Shown here piece by piece: positions 1 to 11,702 of a stretch of 64,000 bases of DNA (positions are counted from its first letter, which is position 1; the number at the start of each line of letters is the position of its first letter). The translations under genes and the position numbers were made by a program. The notes beneath the pieces were generated by a model, which was not told where the DNA came from, made no database searches, and saw only the letters and a list, made by a program, of their open reading frames with translations. The DNA is taken from positions 11,901 to 75,900 of the forward strand of contig CAWIMJ010000021.1 of assembly GCA_963837175.1 (NCBI GenBank), read 5' to 3'. The stretch comes from an uncultured Nitrososphaeraceae archaeon (GTDB lineage: Archaea; Thermoproteota; Nitrososphaeria; Nitrososphaerales; Nitrososphaeraceae).

Positions 1-249
1 CTCAATAATGCTTATTTCAACTGATTTTTTGGGATTTATCGTCACAATTTGTTTACATACAGAATTTCTAAAACTAATTACTACGTTTCTTTCGATGATG
101 TTATCTTTCTTTTTTATATTTTTGATAGATTTAGTGCCACGCCAGAATTGTGGTTCTCTATCTACGTCTGATACTATATCCCATACTTTATCAATTGGTG
201 CAATTATTTCTCTGCTAACTTGAATTGCAACCATGTCTTCTTTAATCAT
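1..249 (-). CDS. SRPBCC/polyketide cyclase family protein (partial, runs off window start)
   Basis: Manual translation from ATG at 249: MIKEDMVAIQVSREIIAPIDKVWDIVSDVDREPQFWRGTKSIKNI..., the typical I-x-AP-x-x-x-VW-x-x-x-x-D SRPBCC start; open to position 1. Confidence 0.75.
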   Translation of the reverse strand, partial: MIKEDMVAIQVSREIIAPIDKVWDIVSDVDREPQFWRGTKSIKNIKKKDNIIERNVVISFRNSVCKQIVTINPKKSVEISIIE

Positions 250-693
250 TTTCAACTATTTGGATATATCTAACTACTAAGAATGTGTTATCAAATACTA
301 TAGAGAGAATAAGATAAAGTTAGGGGCGCTATTATAATTCCAATAAGTATCGAACGTCTACAATTCGAGATCTGTTGCTCTATTCAGCCCCCATGTCTTC
401 CCAAAATTGATTCGGCCATAGAAAGATGATGACTCTAGCTTCTCTTTTGACAACTGTTTTTTGTTAGACTCAATCTTCGTGGTGCCATCAACTATACAAC
501 ATTAGTAAATAAATCTAATTTCATAGAGACCTTTGCTACGAGTAATGCCTTATTTTGATTCTTCATTGGAAAGAATACTTAATCAGTTGTTGCCCTTTTA
601 TTCAATTATAGAATATTTTCCTTGCAAGTAAAATTAATATGATCGCTAAAGATTTAAATACTATTGATTAGTATACTATCTATTAGAATTATT

Positions 694-1242
694 ATGCAGA
701 AGTATGACTTTGAAAATAGTATCGGATTTATAGTTAACCAAGCAGCTAAGGCTTTTGTCAAGGCTCTTGATTCTGAATTACGTCAGAAAGTGGGTATCAC
801 TATTGGTCAATGGAAGGTTATGGTTATACTCGTCAACCAAAATGGGCTTGCTCAAAAGGAGATTGCTGAGAAATTGGCGCTTGAGGGTCCAACTCTTATT
901 CCAATAATAGACAAAATGGAGAAGGAAGGTTTAGTGATAAGAAAGGTAGATCCAAATGATAGAAGAAATAATAGAATTTACCGTACTGAAAAGGCAAATA
1001 CATTGTGGAATAGTATGATTGAATGCGGATTGAAAATAAGAGAAGTCTCTATAAAAGACATACCAGACGAAAATGTCAAGATAATGAAGAATGCATTAGA
1101 AAAAATGTGGCAAAATCTTAGACTTAATTTTAATGATGATTGTACCATTATAGATAATACAATAACTACAACTACCAATGGTACTACTACTGCAAACACT
1201 GCTACCACTACGATCCCTGCAAAGAACAAGGAAAATTATTAG
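694..1242 (+). CDS. MarR family transcriptional regulator
   Basis: wHTH motif QKEIAEKLALEGPTLIPIIDKMEKEGLVIRKVDPNDRR; Thr-rich tail; ATG at 694 preferred over TTG 664. Confidence 0.9.
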   Translation: MQKYDFENSIGFIVNQAAKAFVKALDSELRQKVGITIGQWKVMVILVNQNGLAQKEIAEKLALEGPTLIPIIDKMEKEGLVIRKVDPNDRRNNRIYRTEKANTLWNSMIECGLKIREVSIKDIPDENVKIMKNALEKMWQNLRLNFNDDCTIIDNTITTTTNGTTTANTATTTIPAKNKENY

Positions 1243-1250
1243 AATGAAAA

Positions 1251-2897
1251 GTGGTGATACAAATGAAATCATCAAAAAAAAATACAGATAATTATAATTC
1301 AAAGCATACTCTACACGATACTGCATCCTCTGTAAAGATTCCATCTTATGCGTGGAAGGTACTTGCTGTATTAAGCTGCATTGCTACTATGGTAATGTAT
1401 GCAGAAACAATGTTGATACCGGCTATTCCTGATCTTATCAAAGAATTTCATGTATCATATAGTATGTCATCATGGATCCTTACAGCTTATCTAATATCTG
1501 GAGCAGTTATGACTCCAATAGCTGGCAAATTATCAGACATCTATGGCAGAAAGAAAATTTTATTGATTATAATGGTGATTTATGCAGTAGGTGTTTCTAC
1601 TGCTGGATTTGCTACAAATATCTACTTTATGATAATTGCTAGAGCCATTCAAGGTATAGGGATGTCGATGTTTCCTATTGCGTTTGGTATTATAAGAGAT
1701 CAATTTCCAAGAGAAAAAATATCGATAGGTCAAGGTGTAATCACGTCTATGTTCGCATCTGGTGCGGTAATAGGTCTATCTGTCGGGGGGTTTATAATTC
1801 AGGACTACGGATGGAGAGCCACATTCTTTACAATAATACCTATTGCAATTGCTCTTCTCTTGATTATAAGGCATTTCATTCATGTAAATCAAGATGAACA
1901 AAAAGAGTATCACCAGGGAAAACATGAACAACAGTCTCATGTTACAAATAAAGACCCGCAAAAGAATATAGATAATGCAAAAAGTAATAATGGCAAATCG
2001 GCAAATCAAATCGATATAAAAGGTGCATTACTATTAGCTATTGCTATTACCTCATTCTTATTAGTATTGACGTTCATTGAAACATCTGGCAGTAGCAATA
2101 GCACTACTAGTATTGGCAATACTTATGATAATGATAATGATAATAATACTTCGATACAAATTGTCGCTTTTCTTATTGTAGGAATTATTTCGCTTTTGCT
2201 ATTCATAATTATAGAAAGACGATCTAAACACCCATTAGTGGATTTTAGGTTAATGCTCAACAAGTCCATACTACCAGCTAATTTGATTATAATGATCGTA
2301 GGTATGTCTATGTTTATGGTATTTCAGACAATACCAATATTGGTAAGAAATCCTGAACCAATAGGATTTGGCGAAAATGCCATAAGCACTGGTAAAGTAC
2401 AGTTGCCGTTTGCAATAATACTCTTAATTTTTGGTCCAACCTCTGGTTTCATAATATCAAAATTAGGCTCACTAAAACCAATCATAGCAGGTACGATTAT
2501 TACTGCCATAGGCTTCTTCGGTCTATTAATACTTCATTCAACCGAATTCTTAGTGTCAGTAAACCTCGCCATTTTATCTACTGGACTATCATTGACTAGC
2601 GTTGGAGCTATGAATGTAATTATACTTTCAACACCAAAACAATTTAGTGGAATATCGTTAGGAATGAGCAGTCTTATGAGAATTATAGGGGCTTCAATAG
2701 GTCCTGCTTTAGCTGGTATGTTTATGCAAACACATCAATCGATACTAAATATTAATGGTGTAGTACAGTATTTCCCATCAACTATATCATTTAACTTGAT
2801 ATTTCTTTCTGCTGCGGTATTATCCATTGCATCAATAGCATTAGCAATATTACTAAGACAAAAGGCGATCAAAATGGCAATACCGAACCTTGTTTAA
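1251..2897 (+). CDS. MFS transporter (DHA2/14-TM drug:H+ antiporter-like)
   Basis: Motif A GKLSDIYGRKK, ARAIQGIG, many TM helices; directly downstream of marR. Confidence 0.92.
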   Translation: MVIQMKSSKKNTDNYNSKHTLHDTASSVKIPSYAWKVLAVLSCIATMVMYAETMLIPAIPDLIKEFHVSYSMSSWILTAYLISGAVMTPIAGKLSDIYGRKKILLIIMVIYAVGVSTAGFATNIYFMIIARAIQGIGMSMFPIAFGIIRDQFPREKISIGQGVITSMFASGAVIGLSVGGFIIQDYGWRATFFTIIPIAIALLLIIRHFIHVNQDEQKEYHQGKHEQQSHVTNKDPQKNIDNAKSNNGKSANQIDIKGALLLAIAITSFLLVLTFIETSGSSNSTTSIGNTYDNDNDNNTSIQIVAFLIVGIISLLLFIIIERRSKHPLVDFRLMLNKSILPANLIIMIVGMSMFMVFQTIPILVRNPEPIGFGENAISTGKVQLPFAIILLIFGPTSGFIISKLGSLKPIIAGTIITAIGFFGLLILHSTEFLVSVNLAILSTGLSLTSVGAMNVIILSTPKQFSGISLGMSSLMRIIGASIGPALAGMFMQTHQSILNINGVVQYFPSTISFNLIFLSAAVLSIASIALAILLRQKAIKMAIPNLV

Positions 2898-3255
2898 ACA
2901 ATCAGTCAATACTATAGGTAATACTTAGTGTAATCCAATCTATTGTGTCATTCATATTATTTCTTGGAAACTAGCTTTTTATACTGATGTAAAATGGAAA
3001 ATATCTCTTCCTAATGCATTATTCATGCCCCTCTAGAGATACTATTTTTTATTTATTGTAATATGGTGCAGGTGATAATAAGAAATCTATCAAGGGTTAA
3101 ATAATACGCTTTGAATAAAATGATATATGGTATCTTCAATTCTGCTAAGCTCCCCTAATAATTTTCTAACACTTGTCTTATTTTAGACTATAACACCTAA
3201 ATTGAGTATATGAATTTATCAGAGTATGGGATACTTACTAATAACCTTAAATTTA

Positions 3256-3792
3256 TCATATCTTGTTATTCAAAACACGTTCTCTAACTTCCATCCGAAT
3301 ATACACAAGCATAAAGTGAACGCTTATACAATCTTCTAATCTTTCATCAATTTCTGTGCGTGTTAACTCTCTATAGTTTGTTTCTCCATTATTCCCATAA
3401 GATATTAGTCGAATTGTATCTGTCAAATCCTTAGCCAAAAATTCGTCAGATGTATCAAGCATCGAATGAGCTAGCCAATCAAGGTAATTTCTAATTTTTC
3501 CGAGCTCATTTATTAATGTTGGATATTCTTGAAGTAAATCCGCGTAATGCAATAACAGAATCCTTTCAAGTATGTCGATACTATACGAAAACGTATAATC
3601 TCTATTGCTATTTAGAATAAGCGACACAAACTGTTTACGTTTATCTTCATCAGGACAGAAATGATATGAAATAATATCTCTAACAAGTTGTTCAATAGGA
3701 ATTACAGTGGTTAAATAAGCTCCCCGTATGATTACATCAAAGTGATTAAGTTTGCCAAGTTGTTTGTTTTTATCAATATGGGCATCAGACAA
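3256..3792 (-). CDS. Hypothetical protein (helical, loosely HEPN/MtlR-like)
   Basis: 178-aa ORF with natural composition; IRN...LAH resembles a degenerate R-x4-6-H motif. Confidence 0.6.
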   Translation of the reverse strand: MSDAHIDKNKQLGKLNHFDVIIRGAYLTTVIPIEQLVRDIISYHFCPDEDKRKQFVSLILNSNRDYTFSYSIDILERILLLHYADLLQEYPTLINELGKIRNYLDWLAHSMLDTSDEFLAKDLTDTIRLISYGNNGETNYRELTRTEIDERLEDCISVHFMLVYIRMEVRERVLNNKI

Positions 3793-4703
3793 TTTTAATT
3801 CTGTAGAATATTGTAGACTATTATAATATTTGCCAACAGGATGTAATAACTAATTAAATTGCAATAGATATAATCAATGTCTAAATTCTGCAAATGGGTT
3901 GAATCCCATAATAATATTATCATCTTGAAATTATAAATGCTTCAAGACTTTAAACGGGTAAAATAATAAATCTGATTAACGGTCACATGCTTATAAAATT
4001 GTATATGTTACATATTTCGGTATTATATTCCTCAATTCCTTGAAGGTCAAGATTTGATTTTATCGACATCATAAATGGTCAATCCTCATTTGTTTTAATA
4101 CCATTCAAGATCGGCAGCCAGTCGGTGGAATAAGAAGTTATCCATATATGAAATAAACAATTCTTGAAATAATCAAACATCATAGTCTAGGAATAAGAAT
4201 GCTGCTATTGACTGGCTTAATGTGGAATATGCAATCATTGTATTAATCTTATCTTATCATCAGTTGCACTTTTTCTAAAAGACATTAACTATAACTTCTG
4301 ACATAACTTAAGAAAACTAAATAGGAATTACTACTCTCATCTGCTGATTAAAGAAGAAAAATTTTTTACTTAACATCAAACAGCAATTGATAATTAAAGT
4401 AAATTATTTTTAGTCTCATTACCCATATAGTTTCTATAGTAATATCTATAGAAATATCTATAGTAATATCTTCAATGTATAAGATTAAATTTTCAACTGC
4501 TGTCTCGTGACGAAATTGTGTATGCCATTCATTCGATCCTTGTTTTATTATTTACTCAGCTATTAGCAAGTTTTATCAGATAAAAAAGGTTTCTATATCT
4601 AAAAGTTAAATTGGTATTATTGATAGATTTTATTTAATGGAACAATTTATGATACAGAATCTTTAAGAATCTTGCTTATAATATATATAAATAACGACCA
4701 TAT

Positions 4704-4961
4704 ATGTCTATTAACAATCCTATAAACGAACAATTAAAACAGTTTGAAAATATAAAACGAAAACTAGAGAGTCCAGAAATACAACGAATAGTTGATAAGA
4801 ATTTAGATAAACTAAGAGAACAAAATCGTAAGATTCACTCAGAGGTTCTAAAACAGTCTATTGAAAAAATGGAATTGTTAATTATAGATGATGATTTAAT
4901 AGCTGCAGCGGGCTACAAAATATATATTGAACATTTAATTTCCTTAGCACAGCATCTATGA
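4704..4961 (+). CDS. Hypothetical protein
   Basis: 85-aa ATG ORF with coiled-coil composition after an AT-rich TATA-like stretch. Confidence 0.5.
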   Translation: MSINNPINEQLKQFENIKRKLESPEIQRIVDKNLDKLREQNRKIHSEVLKQSIEKMELLIIDDDLIAAAGYKIYIEHLISLAQHL

Positions 4962-5363
4962 TCTTATATAAGCATTTATAAGCATTCAGAAATTACAAAT
5001 GATAATGGCATATTAATAATATTAAGATAAATTCTTAGCATTGAATATAGATTCATCTGTGTATTATACCATTACAAATCTTTGTATTAGTTGTCAGAAA
5101 GCTATAATATACTTTAAAAGGTAATTTCTAATTAAAAATTTATGTGCAAATAATATATGCTTGCGGTTACGATAAAGAGTCATTGATAAGCAACAAACAA
5201 GGAGGAATTAAATAATACTAAACATCAACATCAATACTTTTAAAAAGCGAAAAATAAATCTATTTTAAAGTATGGATAAAACATCAAACATGATATAAAA
5301 CAAGATTTTAGAGGTTTAGATAAGTCATTACAGTAAAGAGATAGCAGTATTCTCTCTTATTTA

Positions 5364-5489
5364 TTATTCTCCAATTGAAGTAACCTCATCTGAATGAACT
5401 CTTTGATAGTGAATATCAGCATCATATTTTGTAAGGAATTCCTTCGCACAGATCTGGCATCTAAATGTACCTCCTTCATAATCTGACAT
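5364..5489 (-). CDS. C2H2 zinc-finger microprotein (41 aa)
   Basis: Manual translation MSDYEGGTFRCQICAKEFLTKYDADIHYQRVHSDEVTSIGE*; F-x-C-x2-C-x3-F-x8-H-x4-H; below ORF-track cutoff. Confidence 0.8.
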   Translation of the reverse strand: MSDYEGGTFRCQICAKEFLTKYDADIHYQRVHSDEVTSIGE

Positions 5490-6192
5490 TTATTATATCC
5501 CTAGTATTGATTATGTAGATATTGTTATAAAGATTTTTAAAATGTCTTAATGGAATTTATCATATTTTCTCACGCATCACTAACATTATCTGCTGGAATT
5601 GATTATAGGAGAACACAATCTCAATTTGCATTGACATCTTTATAACGTAAGATGCCATTATATATGATAATACATTTTCGCTACAATTTAATTAGAAAAA
5701 TTAATCATGATAGATTTTACACGTTCCTCTTTTCTATATTTATTCATCCATTTTATGAAGAATGAGAAAGAAATCCGATTGTAAAAACCAAGGAAGGATA
5801 TAGAACATCCTAACCATTGAACTATACAAACATAATATATCCGATATTCAAAATTACTCAAATTCTTTTACCTCCTGAATTTCAAGTATCTGAGCATCTT
5901 TTACTATATTGATATAGCTAGCTTTCTAAGCAAATAGTGTAGCCAGCAGTTTCGCATTATATGACACGTCTATGATTACATTTTGAAATCTATCGACCAT
6001 ACAATCAGTATGCACTATGAGAGATTAAAAGTGATGGTGATATTAAATACGTTGAGTTATAATTTTTGAATATAAATTGCCCTATGTATAATTATTATAA
6101 AATCATCCGACAGATATAAGGATGATATTCGGATTTACACTTGTGAATCCTTCTATCTATCTTATATAGTTTGTCTACCTGTAAGACAATTA

Positions 6193-6420
6193 TTGTCATC
6201 AGTAGACATTATAGGAAAAGTCCTTCATGATAACATAGGTAAATCTGTACTCATAAAATTAAAGGGAAGAAAGATAATCACAGGTACCTTACTTCGATTC
6301 GATCAACAGATGAATTTGTTCCTACGAGACTCAGTAGAATTATTAGAAGAACATGGCAAGTCCAATAAACTTGGTACTATTCTGATCAGAGGCGACAATG
6401 TAATTACTGTATCTATCTAG
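6193..6420 (+). CDS. Sm-like (LSm/SmAP) RNA-binding protein
   Basis: Sm1 motif GTLLRFDQQMNLFLRD and Sm2 motif ILIRGDNV. Confidence 0.9.
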   Translation: MSSVDIIGKVLHDNIGKSVLIKLKGRKIITGTLLRFDQQMNLFLRDSVELLEEHGKSNKLGTILIRGDNVITVSI

Positions 6421-6939
6421 GGTACTGAATAAGTCTAATTTCAAACTCAAACATTTGCCAATTATTTACACACAACAATTATTGACAGATTGCTTGATAT
6501 AACTCCAAAAAAGAAGTAATGCTAAACGGAAACTAGTAAGACTTATCCGTAATATAGCGAGGCCGCATACAGACTACTAGAATTCCCATATCCAACTAAG
6601 AAGTAACATTGTGATTATTATGAGCATTACACAAGTTGAATAGGTAATTAAAGAAGCTTTGAATATGTTTTCTTATTATTATTCCGATACAGAATATATT
6701 ATGCATTAGTCTGCTAAACAAAGCTTGTCTTGATACTACGAAGTATCATAAAAATCAGGGTTATTTGTAATCAGTACTTTTCACTTTTCATAATGCTTTA
6801 AAGTTATACTCTCAACCTATCTTAATTTATCTATCAGAATACAAAATTATGTAGTTGTTGTTTATTACTTAGTCATTCTTCTTTACTAGTGATATGCTAT
6901 TATTGTATTGATGCTACCTCTTCTTCTACTCATCGTTAT

Positions 6940-7315
6940 CAACAGTAGTAATAGTAATTGTTGGTATCATAGTGATTGTGGCTGCGGCTGCTCGTCCTGA
7001 TCTCCTTTCTGTTCTTCTTCAGAATCATTTCTCTATTGGGTTTTGTATTATAATCACCATCAGTATCATAGGCATTGTGTAGCATTTCTTCCTGCACTTG
7101 CTAGTGCAATAGTTATTAAGCGCTATTTAGATTCCTAGACGAATGTGATACCATCTTCTACAATGCTGCCATCAGAAGCCATATTTAGCCTTCTTTCATT
7201 ACAATCTATAACTAAAGATAACGCGTGAAGTCTATCATGATATGATATATTTAGATTACTTCCTTTCCGGAACATAGGGGTAATACGTAATTTTTTAAAA
7301 AATAATATTCTCATG
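6940..7315 (-). pseudogene. Remnant of a Nitrososphaera-type hypothetical family (C-terminal part)
   Basis: Fragment LHALSLVIDCNERRLNMASDGSIVEDGITFV* followed by acidic/Gln low-complexity sequence, broken by stops; family resemblance from memory, boundaries approximate. Confidence 0.4.
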
Positions 7316-7537
7316 GATGTAGCAAATGGTTATAGCAGTCTGATGTGATTTTGGTCTTATATCGTTTCTGACGAATTTCTCGACGTTTCTCTGCAGAGGA
7401 GTGTAACTATGATTGTATACAAGACATACTTGTTAACAGATTTTTCTAAAGGTATTCCATTAGCTGTATAAATTAACATTGTCAATTCACATAGTTACAC
7501 AATGTCTTTATTTTAGATTTTTGAATCTGTTACCAAG

Positions 7538-8077
7538 GTGAAACAGAAGAAGATGATGATAAATAATTTAAGGAGAGAAATGCTCGCAATAAGTATTCTA
7601 GCAATCTTTTCGTTGATTATGCTCATGGCTCCATCAACAAGATCTGTAGTTGCTGCCACCACCACTACACAAAGCAGCAATAAATTTGTTGCAAAATTAA
7701 CAGGTAAAGATGAAGTACCACCCAAGAATACCAAGGCAACAGGTACTGCTAATTTTGAACTTAGTATTAATGGAAATATGTTGAAGTACAAGGTTAATGT
7801 AATGAACATCGATAAGGTCACACAAGCACACATACATAGTGGTAAAGTAGGTCAAAATGGTGATGTCGTAGTTACCTTATTCAAATCTCAAACACCCACT
7901 GGTCCAAAAAGTGGAATCTTGTCACAAGGAGACGTTACCTCTGCTAATCTTGAGGGACCGTTGAAGGGTAAACAGATATCTGATTTAATCAAACTCATAA
8001 ACACTGGTGGAGCATATGTCAATGTTCATACAGAAATGAATCCCAAAGGCGAAATTCGTGGGCAAATATCCAAATGA
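7538..8077 (+). CDS. Secreted CHRD domain protein
   Basis: Signal peptide; LTGKDEVPP, AHIHSG, YVNVHT..NPKGEIRGQI CHRD signatures. Confidence 0.92.
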   Translation: MKQKKMMINNLRREMLAISILAIFSLIMLMAPSTRSVVAATTTTQSSNKFVAKLTGKDEVPPKNTKATGTANFELSINGNMLKYKVNVMNIDKVTQAHIHSGKVGQNGDVVVTLFKSQTPTGPKSGILSQGDVTSANLEGPLKGKQISDLIKLINTGGAYVNVHTEMNPKGEIRGQISK

Positions 8078-8425
8078 AACTTTGTTTTAAATAATGCAAT
8101 TATAGGTACAACAGCAGTGTATACAAAGAGATAATGTAGCATCAAATAAAACCAATCAATTTAATTCTCATGGATGACTATTGTTATCCTATTTTTATTT
8201 TTTGATAACTAGAATGGCACTTTTCCCCATATTGCTTTATCAACAGCATATGCACTTCCCTACGAGTCTGCTTCTGTGTCAATTAATTGGTTGTAGATAG
8301 ACGGTTTCTCAATTTTTAGCATTATTATTCTTCTTCTTCTTTTATCCTTCTCGCAAAAACTGAAACAACACTATACTATATACAACCTTGTCTGCTACTT
8401 TATACTGTATTGTCAAATTAATATA

Positions 8426-9163
8426 ATGCTCGATAATAATTATCAAATTTCAAGGTATTATGTTATAGGAATAATGAAACGCAGTATAATTAGGGACACT
8501 ATGAATTGGAATAGTATAATAAAAAAAGAGGTAAGAGGTATTAATGATGCATACCTTGGCATAGTACAGGGAATTAGTGAGCCTTTTATAATAACTAAGA
8601 AAGGAATTATAATCAAGGAGAACTTCTTTATTCCAAAAAATTTGCTAGAAGGATATGACGATACTATAGTATATTGTAAAATAGCTGAAAAAGAAGCGAG
8701 AAATAACTTTAAGAGAAATTTACAGCCTCTCCATGAGGATTGTTATTCTGATTCTATGATAACTGACATAAATGAAGAAGGTAAATTACAAAATAACATA
8801 AATGAAAAAAATATAAGAAATAATACTTTTGTATACGACAAAGCAGAACTTATCAAAAATATAAAGGGAACGTCAAATGAGATTACAGAAATAATACAAG
8901 CAGTAGTCAGAATAGCAGAACAAAAGATCAAAGAAGCACAAATTGTAATAAAAAGGCTTGAGGAAGTGAACTTAGAAACTATTGCCAGAAAAACATCTAA
9001 TAAAATTAAAAGACTATTATATGCTGGATTTAAAGTAGCAGCAAATCTATCTAAAATGTCACAATTTGCAATCCAGTTGTCAAATTCATTTGAATATATA
9101 TTATCTAACGTTAGAAGACGAACATATTCGCAACGAGAACGCATACAGCGTTTCTCAAAATAA
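8426..9163 (+). CDS. Hypothetical protein with N-terminal PRC-barrel-like domain
   Basis: WNSIIKKEVRGINDAYLGIVQ...FFIPKNLLEGYD resembles the thaumarchaeal PRC-like domain; true start probably 8501; 3' end may be frameshifted. Confidence 0.6.
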   Translation: MLDNNYQISRYYVIGIMKRSIIRDTMNWNSIIKKEVRGINDAYLGIVQGISEPFIITKKGIIIKENFFIPKNLLEGYDDTIVYCKIAEKEARNNFKRNLQPLHEDCYSDSMITDINEEGKLQNNINEKNIRNNTFVYDKAELIKNIKGTSNEITEIIQAVVRIAEQKIKEAQIVIKRLEEVNLETIARKTSNKIKRLLYAGFKVAANLSKMSQFAIQLSNSFEYILSNVRRRTYSQRERIQRFSK

Positions 9164-9668
9164 TTCATCAGCAGAAATGAAATATCTCACGATATAAGAT
9201 AAAGATAGACAGTTCAACTTACCTTAGCAACAAGAATAATATTACAAGAATTTCTGCCTTCAAGTGAAGTTTATACAAGAAAACAAGTTATGAGTAATAA
9301 AATTAAAATGATATAAAATAAGCAAAATGAATGGGGGAAGAATCATGAAGATATGTTTTTAGATAAATTGGCAGGACAAATACTAGCGAACTTAATTGTC
9401 CATCACAAATATCAGAGTCTCAGTATAATATCTCTTCTTTTCAGTTTTAAGCAGTAAATTCTCAATTTTTGAACGGGATTATGAAGTGTTTAGAAACAAT
9501 TAAGCTGATATAGAATAATCAAATATCACGAAAAATATAAAAAATCGTTTTTACTTTAGGATAAGCGTCCTATATAGTCTTTATATTAATAATTGCGAAC
9601 TGTCAGAATGTTCTAAGAGAACAAAAGAATAATATTTGTACGAGTTTCTATTTGGTTATAAAAGGAGG

Positions 9669-9947
9669 TTACCGTCTCCTTGCGACTATTGTATGAGTCT
9701 GCTCTACATACCACCGGACCTTATCCTTGAAATTAGACCACCAATCAAGGAATGAATCACTACTATCTGCTTCAAATATCAAGAATCCATTGTATTCTGT
9801 TCCCCATGCGTGATCATATTCACCTACTAGCTCAATACCCGAGGGCAAGCTATTTTTCAGCTCTCGCCATTCAGTATTAGCTTTCTGGGCTTCCTCTTTA
9901 CTCATTGCTTTGAATCGGTAAAACACTAAGAACGTAGCTGGAGTCAT
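9669..9947 (-). CDS. Small ferredoxin-like alpha/beta protein (GYD/darcynin-like)
   Basis: 92 aa, GIELVGEYDHAWGTEYNGFLIFEADS pattern. Confidence 0.65.
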   Translation of the reverse strand: MTPATFLVFYRFKAMSKEEAQKANTEWRELKNSLPSGIELVGEYDHAWGTEYNGFLIFEADSSDSFLDWWSNFKDKVRWYVEQTHTIVARRR

Positions 9948-10262
9948 ACAGTTTGTTCGAATTTATAATATTAATAAGTTCTCCAACATTTTTAGTGCTT
10001 TTTACAAGTTCTTTTATTTATAAAATCTTTGAATTATTGGAATTACCATTCTATCTGTGAATACGTTCAAGCCATAGTCAATAGACTATTATTCATATCC
10101 TCTAGCATACATATAAACAACAATAATATTCGCAATTGCATCATAGTAACTGTTGTAAATTGTTTTGTCGACAGAGTACTTCCGGCAATTTACCAGTTTT
10201 TAAATTCCATAATTTTTTCCTGATAAGATTTAATTTTTAGTCCATCAGTTCTGTAATTAACA

Positions 10263-11636
10263 ATGCCCATTCTACCGATTGATTCAGGACGTTATGGAAG
10301 TGAAGAAATCAAGAAAATATTTGAAGAAGAACAACATCTACGATACCAACTAGATTTTGAAGCTGCAGTAGCAGCAGCGCAGGCTCAAATTAAAATGATT
10401 CCGCAAGATGCTGCTGAAGATATCATAAAAAAGGCAAAATCTGGCAAAGTCACTATTGGGAAAGTTAAACAATTAGAAGCAACTACAGAACATGATACTG
10501 CTGCATTAGTAGAGGCTTTGGGTGAACAATGTTCAGAAAAATCAAGACCTTGGGTTCATTATGGGCTAACAAGTAATGATATTTTGGATACTACTATCTC
10601 AACGCAAATGAGAGACGCATTTTCTATTATTGAATCTAAAATTCTAGATATAGCAATTGCTATGAGTGACAAGGCATTAGAATTCCGTGCCCTCCCTGCA
10701 GTTGGTAGAACACATGGACAACATGCAAGTATAATTGGATTTGGCCTAAAGTTCGCGGTATGGGCTGCAGAAATGGCAAGACACATAGAAAGAATAGAAG
10801 AAGGAAAAAAACGATTTCTATTGTGTAAAACCCTTGGTGTTGTTGGAACAGGCTCTTTAATGGGAAATAGAGCATTAGATGTACAGAGAATAGTAGCTAT
10901 GGATTTGCGACTTTATACTATTGATGCCGCTACACAAGTTATTCCTAGAGAGCGACACGCAGAGATGCAATTTTTGATCGCTCTTGTTGCTTGTACGCTT
11001 GACAAGATTGCAATTGAGATTAGAAATTTACAACGAACAGAGATAGGCGAAGTTGCCGAACCCTTCAGAAAAGGACAGATTGGAAGTAGTGCAGTTCCTG
11101 TCAAACGTAATCCTATTAAGAGTGAAAGGGTTTCTTCCCTTGCAAAGATTTTACGATCATTAGTTAATGTTGCAATGGAAAACATTGCCTTATGGCATGA
11201 AAGAGATCTATCTAATTCAGCAAATGAACGATTTACGCTTCCAATGGCTGTAATTCTGTTAGATGAAATGTTAAATTCGATGAAGAAGGTCATCTTAGAT
11301 CTTAACGTAAATACAAAAAGAATCACCTCAAACCTTGATATTACAAAGGGCCAAATCTACGCAGAATTTGTTCTTGAGGCATTAATAAAGAAAGGAATCC
11401 CTAGATTTGAGGCATATCGTGATATCCAAAGGGTAGCATTTGCATCACTCAAAAGGGAAGAAGAGTTCTTTGATGCTCTGAGAAAAGATCCTAATTTATC
11501 AAAGAGCCTTACTCCATTAGAATTAAAAGACATATTTAATGCAAAAAATCATCTATCAGCATCATCAAAAATTATAGAGAATGTGGCGAAGAAGGTAAAG
11601 GCCACAAATAAAAAATATTATAATCAATTACACTAA
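10263..11636 (+). CDS. purB: Adenylosuccinate lyase
   Basis: HD, HYGLTSND, GRTHGQHA, GSSAVPVKRNP, WHERDLSNS signatures. Confidence 0.97.
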   Translation: MPILPIDSGRYGSEEIKKIFEEEQHLRYQLDFEAAVAAAQAQIKMIPQDAAEDIIKKAKSGKVTIGKVKQLEATTEHDTAALVEALGEQCSEKSRPWVHYGLTSNDILDTTISTQMRDAFSIIESKILDIAIAMSDKALEFRALPAVGRTHGQHASIIGFGLKFAVWAAEMARHIERIEEGKKRFLLCKTLGVVGTGSLMGNRALDVQRIVAMDLRLYTIDAATQVIPRERHAEMQFLIALVACTLDKIAIEIRNLQRTEIGEVAEPFRKGQIGSSAVPVKRNPIKSERVSSLAKILRSLVNVAMENIALWHERDLSNSANERFTLPMAVILLDEMLNSMKKVILDLNVNTKRITSNLDITKGQIYAEFVLEALIKKGIPRFEAYRDIQRVAFASLKREEEFFDALRKDPNLSKSLTPLELKDIFNAKNHLSASSKIIENVAKKVKATNKKYYNQLH

Positions 11637-11702
11637 ATAAATTTGATGTTTTTATTTTAATTTGTATTTACAGTAGATCGTTGCTAATTTTCGTTGTTCT
11701 TT

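Noticed and set aside
8-223. 71-aa plus-strand ORF
   Set aside because: Antisense shadow of the SRPBCC gene
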